Below are positions 54,401 to 64,000 of a stretch of 64,000 nt of DNA, in pieces. The stretch lies in the NCBI GenBank assembly GCA_051294375.1, contig CM119266.1, positions 21,523,176 through 21,587,175 of the forward strand, given 5' to 3'. The DNA comes from Paraspadella gotoi (lineage: Eukaryota > Animalia > Chaetognatha). A program made the position numbers and the translations under genes. The notes under the pieces are model-generated. The model made no database searches. It saw only the letters and a list, made by a program, of their open reading frames with translations, and was not told where the DNA came from. How positions within the stretch are numbered: the stretch's first letter is position 1; each line of letters opens with the position of its first letter.

Positions 54401-57400
54401 GCAACTGAATAGTTTTTTAGTCTCCTCATTTTATGAAATGCTACTCGTTTAAAGTGGCACGAAAATATATTTTAAACGTTTTTGTTTTCCAATTATTTTG
54501 TACAACCACTGGATGGCAAAGGCTAAGCAAAGTAAATTCTCACTTGGGCGACGCTTCCGCGAAAACGGCCAAACGCATTTCCGTATTCTAGGGTCGATCG
54601 CACGAGGAGTCTTTCGCCACCCAGAGCGGCGAACATTTAACCGTGGTGAACAAACTCACTTACGAAGTTGGACACATTAAACCTTGAGCGCGCAGGGTTA
54701 ACGTTCGTTTACAAAATTTCTAAACTACTAAAGGCGTAGTCTCAATCAGGAAGAAAAATTTATTTCAGTTAGGCCCAATATTTGTTTTAAAACCATTTTT
54801 TATTATCTAGTTCAAAGGTTTGGCGAAATTCTGAATTTGATGTTTTTTACTTGACCATTGCTCTTGCTGACGGAGTTTCTCGCCCCCGTTTAAATTCCTT
54901 TGCGCCCACCGCGCACGCAAACGCGACGAGCGGTTTCCCCGTTGGCCGAGGGATTAACTGCGCCACGCCAACCACTTTCCCGCGCACGACACAAATTCGT
55001 TGATTGGCGCCCCGACTGAGAAGTAAAAAAAAAGAGAGAGCGTTCTACCAATCACAAAGTTCTGCCTTCGCAATTTCGTGTTAAGAAGCGTTTTACATTT
55101 ACAAAACCTCTCTCTCTTCTCTCTTCTCTTCTCTCTCTCTCTCTCTCTCTCTTCCTTCTCTCTCTCTCCTTCTCTCCTCTCTCTCTCTACCTTTCCGCTT
55201 TCGCCAAAGGTTGAGTTCTCATCCCTTTAAAATAAAATAAAAAGGAAGACGCGAGAAAAAATGTCCTTTATTTCCTCCACCTTTTTTCCTCTTCTTTTTT
55301 CCTCTCTCCTTTTTTTTTCTTCTTTCCGCATAATTCCATTTTTTTCCTTTTCTTTTTCTTATCNNNNNNNNNNNNNNNNNNNNNNNNNTTTTTTCCTTTT
55401 TCTTATCTTTTTTTTTTTTTTTTTTGAAGGACAGGACCGTCGACAACGAGTGGGAATAGTGTCCTCATCAAACTTCGTTTTAATCTTTTAGACTACATCT
55501 TTTTTCATCACTGGGAGCTTATCTCTTCTTCTCAGTTTTACCGTCTTCTCCCCTTTTTTTTCAATTCCTTTCTCTCTCTCCTCCCAATCATTCTGCCTCT
55601 CTGGCGTTCTTTCTCTCTCTTTTTAAAATTAAGATTAAAATATTTCTTTTTTTTTTTCTCGTTTTACTTTTTGGGCTTTTTTAGGAGTTTACGTTGTTCT
55701 TAGAAATCAGGAAGACTTTTTCAATGGAGATTTTTCGTTAAAATCTGACTACCAAATATGTCAACGCTCTGGGAAAAAATTCAGGTTGGTAAAAATAGAT
55801 GTTTAAAAACACCTTCGATTCGATCCTGTTGCATTCTGAAGGGCTCGATTTTTTCTCTTGACAGGAAACCATCATTTTTGACATTCAAAACTATCAGATT
55901 CAAATGGACTTGGTCTGTCGGGGAAAATATTTTTCGACGGCAACTTTTTTTTATAATATAAAATAAAGGGGATTTCTCAACTTCGAATAACATTGTTCAA
56001 CGCATTTTTTAACATATGTTTAATTACAATAAACTTCAAATTCAGGAATCCGATAGCCCATAGCATATTGTTCTGAGGGCTTCTCAAATATTTTTTTCTT
56101 TACATTATATGGTTTATTTTGATATGATACGATTTCATGGGGGAAAGTGGAATTAGGTCCATTTTTTGGTGGAAAATTTTATTTTTAAAGTAAAAGGTAA
56201 AAGAGGAGCTAACGATCGGGAATTCTTAAGAGTTTTTCAACCGGAGTCACGATTCGGGAAAAAAATCTTCTATCGGCGAAAAATCTATCAAAGAAGGGGT
56301 GATTTTCACGAAGATTTTGGTAATATTTTCAGTATTTATGAGGTGGATTTTTGGTTTGAAACTCTTAATATTAACAATTATTTGCCATCATTTCTACCTT
56401 GGCCGGTTAATAAGAATATATTAAAAAAAACCTCTGGCTTTTGTTCGTCTCAGAGCTTAGTCCTAGGCTTTTATGTTAAAGTTCTTTTTTCTTGTTTGAA
56501 GGTTATTTCCTTTCTCCCTTCTACAAATTTTCTTTCAAAATCTTTCTTCTCCCACTTCTCCAAATTTTACTCTTCCACCCACAGTTGTCATTTCTTTTCA
56601 CTTTTCCAATTATTCTCCCCTTTATCTGCTTACTGGGTTTTCTACTTCCTGCTTTTATCCTTACTTTCTTGCTTTTCCTTTTGATTATTCGATATGTCCA
56701 GAAGGCTTACCGCAATCTAAAATCTTTTTCAACTCCCTTCTGATCGTTATCTACTCGACTCGGATACTTTCTCCTTTTCGTCGCTTTCTCCAATTTCTTC
56801 CTTTCTTCTTTGCTCTAAATTCTCCTCTACCCCTTTCTCCTTTTTCTCATGCTCCTTATCTCGTCACTTCTCCTATTCTTTCTATTTCTGTTCTCCAATT
56901 TTTCTCCTTTCTTCCCATCTCTCCTCTGTTCCTCCTCTCTTTTCTTTTCTCTTCTAACTCTCTCCTTTCCTCCCATTTCTCCTCTTTCCTCCTTTCTCAT
57001 TTTCTTTTCTCTAAACTCTCTCCTGCTCCCCATCTCCCTCTTTCGTTCCTGTCCATTCTTTTCTTCTCTCTCTCTCTCCTTTCCTCCCATCTCTACCTCT
57101 TTCCTCCTTCTCTTTTTGCCTTTCTACTCAACTCTTTCTTTCCCCTCCCTTCTTTCTCCATCGCTCCTTTCCTTGTCTTCCACTTGTCTTTCCTCTTAAC
57201 TCTCTCCTTTTCCTCCCTTCCTTTTTTTCCTTTCCTCTCTCTCTATGCGTTTTTTTCACTTAGCGGGCCCGACTTCGTTCGAACCCCAAAAACTGGCAGC
57301 AGCAGTTAAGAGAAGCAATTCGGCCGCGAAATTGAAACTTCTTTTAGGAAAGAAAAAAACTTTGTTGACACTTGAACTTTTTTTTTTGATTAATATCAGG

Positions 57401-58250
57401 CGAAGCGATGCAGGCGGACAGTACCCTTTTTTATATTTGGGGGGGACGGGTTTAGAATGAGAGTTAAAATGATGAACTGCCCTGTGAAAATAAAGTATTT
57501 TTTATTTTTTTAACTTATTCGCGTCGAGTTTATTTTCTTAAGGAGAGCTAGGAGAGAGATAAAACACGGGACAAAAAAAGAGAGAGATGGGCAAAAACTG
57601 ATGAATATCTCGCCTAATTAACCGAACCGATGTTCTTTTTTAATTTTACTAATGAGGATTCGAGCATCTCGGTTTTAGTCGTCTCGCGCGGCGTCTCACC
57701 CTCATTGCATTGTTTATAAATCGATTTTCCTGGTTTTACCGCTTTGTTGTTTTTATCATTAATGCGACCGAAGTGGAACGAAGATAATCGCTGATCGAGA
57801 ATCGGCCTCGAGTCATCTAATCTCAATAAATGCGAGGAGAGAGAGAAAAAAGAGATGAGAGAGAAGGCAGGGAGAGGAGAGGAGAGAGAGAGCGCTATGA
57901 TAATGTTATTTTCTGCTTCTTTATCCCGGTGATCTTGAAGAGAATATATCAGAATCTATATGCCTAGGTTTTTAGAGCTTAAAAATAAGTTTCTCTCGAA
58001 AGAGGCTTAATTGATTTATATAGTTAAATCCAAGATTTTTTAAAAATTAATCGTTTCACCTCAATGTTTTTTTCCCTATTTGTTTCTTTCAATGCGATTT
58101 ATTCTTCTTTCTTCTTTTTTTCTTTTCAAGTTTTCAACGGAATGCGAACCGTTTCTCTCTTTGCTTGTTTGTTTCCTACCAATTTACTTTCCTTCATTTC
58201 CATTTTCATCAGAGTGTCGTTGTTAGTTGTTGTTGTGTCTTTTTTAACTA
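49950..58250 (+). repeat. Large tandem repeat unit, copy D (~8.3 kb, with an extra 784-bp insert)
   Basis: Equivalent to ~32591-40100 plus 55682-56465. Confidence 0.93.
55682..56465. mobile_element. 784-bp non-autonomous DNA transposon-like insert (hAT-like ends)
   Basis: Present only in copy D. Termini are TAGGA…TCCTA, flanked by GGCTTTTT and GGCTTTTA (8-bp target duplication); the empty site in copy A reads …ttggcttttatgta. Confidence 0.7.
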
Positions 58251-59479
58251 AAAATTATTTTTCACTTTTTCCATTTCGCATCGAATTTTTTGTTTTTCCC
58301 CGTTTCACTTCGGGATAAAAAATAAAAATGTTCCATTGTTTTTTCAGGGCTTTATTAAAAAATAGTTCTTTGGTTGTCACATTTCCCATTTATCGAATAA
58401 CTCTTAGTTTTCTCATATCATTTTCATCTCTCTCTCTCTCTCTCTCTTCTCTCTCTTCTTCTCTCTCTCCTTCTCCTCTAATAAAACGAGAACAAAATAA
58501 AAAACCGATCGCAATTTATTTTATTTTTCTGATTTTATGATTTCCGTTTATTCATCTTCGATTCATTTTACCTTGGCATCGAACGTACGCCTCACGTGAT
58601 GACGGTGTAACGCAACTGACGAGATCACAAAAGACTCTATATTCAAAATGAATTTAAAAAGGCGATTCAAAGACAAATCAATTCAGAGACAAAATGGTTA
58701 AATGTTAAAATGTAAAACCTGATGGTTCACCATATTTGGCGAGTGAAGGTTCCCTGATAGCGAATCGGCCACATCAATCCTCTTCTTGCGCCCGAACTTC
58801 ATTACCCTACTTTAAAGCTTTCTACCGTTGGGGAAAAGTTCCGCCCAAAAATTTGACCCTATCTCTCCTCTCTCTCTCTTTCTCTCTATCTCTCTTATCT
58901 CTCTATCTCTCTATCCTCTTCTCTCTCTCCTCTCTAACACACAGGCACACACAAACAACGCCTTTTTCCTTCTAGGCTTAGCTATAAGTGCAAAGCGCTC
59001 GTAAAAACTGACTTCAATAACTCTAAAAAAAAACCCCAAGCGGAAAACTATAGTAAACCAGTTCATAATATAAATATAATAAAATAAAAAACAATACTGT
59101 TTCTCTGAAAACGTTCATTCGTAATGATAACCCGCTCGGCAGATGGCGCCAACCCCTTCGGCGTTCGGCGTTTCCCGTTTTCCAATTTCCTGAACGAAAA
59201 AAAAAAAACGAAAAAAAATTAATTTCATTTCATTTTTTAAAAAAAAAAAAAAGTAATTAATTGATTTTATTCAGAGCGAGAAAATAATTTTGGCAAGGTG
59301 GGCAGAAAGTAGGAGAGAGCAATTTATATTTCGATTAGGATGAAATTTCGAATATTTTAGGACAGCCCGTCCCGTCGTTATCGTCGCGTCGTCGTTATCG
59401 TCGTCATCCGTCGCCTTTATCGTCATTGTCCAAACATTTGGGCTTTTTTTTTTTAAAAAAAAAGGCCCATTGTTGAAAT

Positions 59480-59563
59480 TTGAAAAATTAGAACGCAGCG
59501 GTCTAGTTGGCAGAGTCCCAAAATTCGACAATTAAGTTTACCTCAATTCACAAACCTTGGAGT
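59480..59563 (-). ncRNA. Candidate spliced-leader RNA gene
   Basis: ACTCCAAGGTTTGTGAATTGAG|GTAAACTT with the donor region pairing to the leader (AGGTTTG/TAAACTT) and Sm-like AATTTTGG at 59518-59525; all three minus-strand frames upstream contain stops. Confidence 0.35.
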
Positions 59564-60559
59564 CACGTTGACAATTTTACAACTGGGCCCGTCTCAAAAT
59601 ATCTACGCCGTTCACCCGGGTTCACTCCTACACTTGCGGGATTTCCTTTTCTTCCAGGTTCCCCCCCCCCTTTTTCTTAGCATACGGGGATGATACGATA
59701 TTGAGAAAGGGATCAATGTGGCCATTGGCCAATCACGGCCAACGAGGGAAAACATCGTTAAAACCGATGTTACCGAATTCTTTTTTTTTTTTTTTTGCCC
59801 CGTTAATGCGAATATGCATTCCCTCGACTGCTTTCTCTATTTACACCCTGGCTTAGGGCGCCAACCGTCCGAAACACGCTAATCGAGATTCGACGCCCAG
59901 AAACCATCCCGCCACATCGGCGTTCTTCTTCCTCGTCATCAAATGGACCATTCCGTCTCCCTTCTTTCATTTTATATTAACTGATTCGCGGCCGGGCGAG
60001 GAGTGCGATGTCTATGTCGCTATTTTTCCCCTTTGATAACGTTGTTTTTTGTTCACGTCTCTTCGTCACGTCACGCCGTCTCGGGGTCTGTTCAGCGTCT
60101 TCGTCTGTCACATCTCGTCTGTCACGTCCTGTCTGTCACGTTATCGTCTGGTCACGTCTCCGTCTTATGTCACCTCTCGTCTCTCAACGTCTGTTTTTTA
60201 TTAATTGAGCTAATACGGGATTTTTTTTTTTCATTAATATTTCATGTTCAAATTAAAATTGCCAAATTGTCGTCCCGTGTCCAATTCCAATTTGGGAGAA
60301 AGATAAGGAAGAAAGAGGAAAGAGTTAACAAGATAAGCCAAGTTAAAAAAAAAAATCTTTCTCATTCCCCTCATCTTTCCTTTAATTTAAGTTTGAGGAC
60401 ACCTTAAAATATTTATCAAAAGAACAAAATAAAGATAATTATATATCCAAAGAAAAAGAATAAAAATCCCGGCCGATAGGGCAAAACTCGTCCCTCGCCG
60501 GAATTTCCCGGTTGTCATTCCGGGGTTTATTCCGTCAAAAAACTTTTCGGCCATTGGCA

Positions 60560-61530
60560 TTTCCGCACCATCACCCAACCCCCCCCCCATCCCGGCCCAC
60601 GCGGCTACTCCCCTTCCGCCCCCCTCCCCCCTAAGAAATCAACTCGGCTACTGAATTTCGCCCTTCGTGCCGCCGCGGTACTCTTTTTTGAACTCTCACG
60701 GCGCTGACCGCGGCCTTTGCCCCTTCTCGCGGAAAATCCCGCGCCCCCAAATTTCAACGCCCCCCCACACCGCCCTCCCCTTCACCTCGTTGGATAAATT
60801 AGACTCCCTACGCCACCCTAGACCGCCAAACCGCCTCTCCCTTGTGGCGCCATCTCGTCGCCTGGCGCCGGTCCGCCTTGTCTTATTTGTTTGCCCGGGA
60901 AAGTTTGCAGCCGAGGGTTTTATGGCGCCATTGTTCTAAGGGGATAGGGGCGGATTTGCTGGATGGGAAACGAAAAAAAGGATTGTTTAGGTTTAGAAAG
61001 GAAAAAAGGGATGTGAAGAGGAAGTTTCGATTTCGACCCAACCTCGGCCTTCCCCCTTTGCCCCTTCCCCCCCCCTCCCTTCCCTTCCCCGTGATATTTG
61101 AGGATGTTTTTTTGCTTAGCTTTTTCATTCCTCTTTTTTTTTTCTCCGGGATTCATTTCTCTAACCGGAATTTTGCTGGCGCCTGACCCAGGGAAAGGGT
61201 GGCAGAAAGAAGATGCAGGGAAGAAAGAGAAAACGAGGAAAAAAAGCAAGGAAAACCGAGGCCCGGCGTGGCCCCCGCGCAGGCCCCGGCACGGCAGGCG
61301 GCGGACCACCGGCATGCGCGGCCGGGCCCCCACCCCCCGCGGCGTCACGCGCCCGGCCCGCCCGCGCCCTCCGAGCGAACCTGCCCCTCCGAGATCCAGT
61401 TAACACCGGGCGGCGTGCCGGCGAGGCCCGGCGGCCTCACGACGTGCCCCCCTCCCGCAGAGGCCCCCCCCCTGCGGCCACTCCCAGCGGCCCCCACCGC
61501 CCCCCCCCCCCCCCCCGCGCCCCGACCCCC
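60560..61530. other. CpG/GC-rich island
   Basis: Very high GC, especially 61255-61530, with C/G homopolymer runs; no recognisable protein. Confidence 0.6.
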
Positions 61531-61835
61531 TTAAAGAAAGAAAGAGAAGTAAGAAGGAAGAAGAATAAAGAAAGAGAAGCGGGTGAAGAAATAAAGAAAG
61601 GAGGAAAAGAAGCAGCAGTTTTTTAAAAAAAAAAAAAAAATAAAAAAAATAACCAACCAAAGCAAGTTTGCTGCCTTTTTTTTACATCTTGTGGTGGTCT
61701 CGGACCGCCGATTTTCTAGATTTCAGGCAATATTGGCGAAGTTGCATTTTATGGCGTAAAAAAAATAAATAAAAAAAAAAAAAAAATAATTTTTAAAATA
61801 ATTAAAATTAAAAAACGTGGTGGTGGAGGCCGAAG

Positions 61836-62132
61836 CTAGAGGCCCTGACAGCGTAGGCGGCGGCTGAGAGCGCTTGGTGTTAGTGGAGTTGCAGTCATGA
61901 AGGCGCAATCATCCGTGAATTGAGGTGAAGGTTGTTTTTTTGCCAATCTGACCGGTGCCGCGTAAAATCCTTTAGCACCGTTTGGCAAGTGGTGTTGATT
62001 GTCTTCGAGGTTTAAAGTAATAGCGAAATGTCTTCGGGGCATCGTCCGCTGGTCCCGCGGGCGTATTCTTTCCTCGTCGTCATCGTCGTCTCCCGTCGTC
62101 TTTCCTCCCGTAATTCGCTTCCCCTCGCACAT
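61836..62132 (-). CDS. Putative (terminal) coding exon, unknown protein
   Basis: High-complexity 98-codon frame (…RTMPRRHFAITLNLEDNQHHLPNGAKGFYAAPVRLAKK…) within low-complexity flanks; possibly linked to coding-like patches at ~62880-62990 and ~63260-63390. Confidence 0.3.
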   Translation of the reverse strand: MCEGKRITGGKTTGDDDDDEERIRPRDQRTMPRRHFAITLNLEDNQHHLPNGAKGFYAAPVRLAKKQPSPQFTDDCAFMTATPLTPSALSRRLRCQGL

Positions 62133-62375
62133 TCCACCCGCTCTTTCAGAAAAGCAATATTATTACTAAGCATTTTAAAATTTTATTCGGTTGAAAAAAT
62201 CTTCTAAATATTTAAATCTTTCGCCATTTTTTTCTTTTTTTTTTTTTTTTTTTTTGTGGGCCCCCCATATTTTTTTCTGTCCTTCCTCACCTTCTTGTTC
62301 CTCCTATTCTATCTCCCTCTCCTTTTCGTTACCTATCTCCCTCTCCCCGGCCTCACCTCATTTCTTCATTTCACA

Positions 62376-62412
<37 letters not shown>

Positions 62413-64000
62413 ACTCTCTTCCTCTCCCTCTCTCTCTCTCTCTCCTCTCTCTCTCATCTCTCTCTCTTCTTCTCTCCCTCTCTCACCATTTTCCCCTATC
62501 CTCAGTCGATACTCTCGGTTTTTATTTTTTTCTCTCGATGCCGTTATTTCGTTTTTCTGATAATAATTTCCAACTTGAAATCGATAAAGGATTTACTCTG
62601 CCTCTCTCTCGCTCTCTCTCTCCTCTCTATTCTTTCTCTCTCTCTCCTCTCTCTCTTCTCTCTCCTCTCTTCTCTCTCTCTCCTCTTCTCTCTCCTCTCT
62701 CTCTCTCTCTCTCTACGACGTCATTGCTTGCATTCCAACGATTTCGCGTTTCGCTTTATAACTGTTTTTCTTCTTTTTCGTTTTATTTCTTTCTTTCGAT
62801 CGCGTTTCCCTTTACCGTGTCGCTTTCTCGTTCTTCCCCCTTTTTTCCCCTTCCCCACTTCTACACCTTCCACCTTCAACATCAAGCGAATTCAATACCA
62901 AAGGAGGACCAATTCAATCTGAGCGACGCGACTTTGCAGAACAGAAGGGCGTCGACATCATTGACTTTCTCTTTTTCTTCGCTCAAGCTTTGCTTTTTCT
63001 TCTCTTTCATTTTTGTTTTTTCTTTGCTTTGTCGTTTTGCTTTCTTGCTCCTCACTTTCGTTTTTTTCTTCTTCCTACCCCTTTCCTTTTTATCTGCGGT
63101 CAACTTTTTTTCTGTTTCTCATTTGTGCTCTTTCTCCTGTTCATTACTTTGTATTAATCTGCTTTATCTTGGCTTTTTGCTAACCTCTTTGCTTTTCCTT
63201 CGGCTCCCTTGTTTTTGCTTTTACTCTCTTTTCCTTTCGTTTTATTTTTCTTTGTTCAACCGTCGGTGAAACAATGAAGTGTTGTTCATTTTTCTTTTTG
63301 CAGTCGTCGTTCGTCGTCGTCGTCGTCGTTCCGTCGTCACTGTCATTCCAGGGATCCTCTCCAGTCCACCATATCCGTTTCAGTCTTGTACGCAAGAGGA
63401 AACTTTGTCTCTCTCTCTCTCTTCTCCTCTCTCTCTCTCCTCTCCTCTTCTCTCTCTCTCTCTCTCTCCTCTCTCTCCCTCTTCGGCCTCGTTCTAATTC
63501 TTTGGTTTTCGTCAATCGTTTCTGGACCCAGGCTGACCTTCGCCTGCGACTCCGAAAGTCATCCTCGTTTTCTTCTTTTCTTTTCTTTTGTTTCCCTTTT
63601 TCTTTTTCTTTTTTTCTTCTGTCAATTTTCGAGTATTTTTTTTTTCTTTTTTGTTCTGTCGTTTCTCGGGAATGGGTTTCGCTTTGTCTACGACCTTTGC
63701 AACTTTTGACGATGCTCTCTTCTCTCTCTCTCTGGCTCTATTTCTCTCTCTCCCTCTCTTACTCTTCTTTCTCTCTCTCCTCACTCTCTCTCTCCTCTCT
63801 CGTTCTCTCTCTCTCTCTCTCTCTCTCTTCTTCTTTTCTCTCTCTCTCTCTCTCTTCTCTCTTCTTCTTTTCGATAGATTTTCTCTTTGAATTTTGTTTC
63901 AAAACGGACCGCTGGGATCGCGGGGATCGCGAAGCGTCGACGCGTAAAAATAATATCGCCCTTCGCGTCTTCGACGTCGGGCGGTTTTGACTTTTTTTTT

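Noticed and set aside
60381-60397. TTTAATTTAAGTTTGAG resembling the nematode SL1 leader
   Set aside because: Partial AT-rich match with no GT donor or Sm site following.
61199-61626. Pro/Ala/Arg-rich ORFs
   Set aside because: Stop-poor because of extreme GC content; open in several frames on both strands.
61915-61945. GTGAATTGAG|GT, a second match to the SL-like leader
   Set aside because: Only 12 nt, no supporting stems, and antisense to a probable coding exon.

Overview
Eukaryotic (probably invertebrate animal) draft-genome window, rich in (GA)n/(GAC)n microsatellites and N gaps, with much sequence that looks like uncorrected long-read gap fill (dense 1-nt indels). Most ORFs in the supplied track are microsatellite or gap artefacts. 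The only confidently identifiable protein gene is a three-exon secreted type-2 cystatin on the minus strand (28788-29680), broken by single-base indels. Other supported features are a tRNA-Gly-derived SINE-like element (17068-17250), several mini/microsatellites, a large inverted duplication (about 23665-27470), and four related copies of a ~7.2-8.3 kb unit (32591-58250) that differ by presence or absence of two transposon-like inserts. The most unusual region is 18058-22659. It holds a ~70-bp tandem array whose unit folds into a strand-specific three-way junction, a hairpin, and a ~2.9 kb intronless, frameshift-shattered minus-strand coding block with fragments resembling the TnpB/Fanzor RuvC and zinc-finger motifs; the hairpin and coding block lie between ~27-bp direct repeats. 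Candidate spliced-leader (SL) RNA genes occur in each large repeat unit and at about 59480-59563. These latter calls are hypotheses that need database searches and RNA data.
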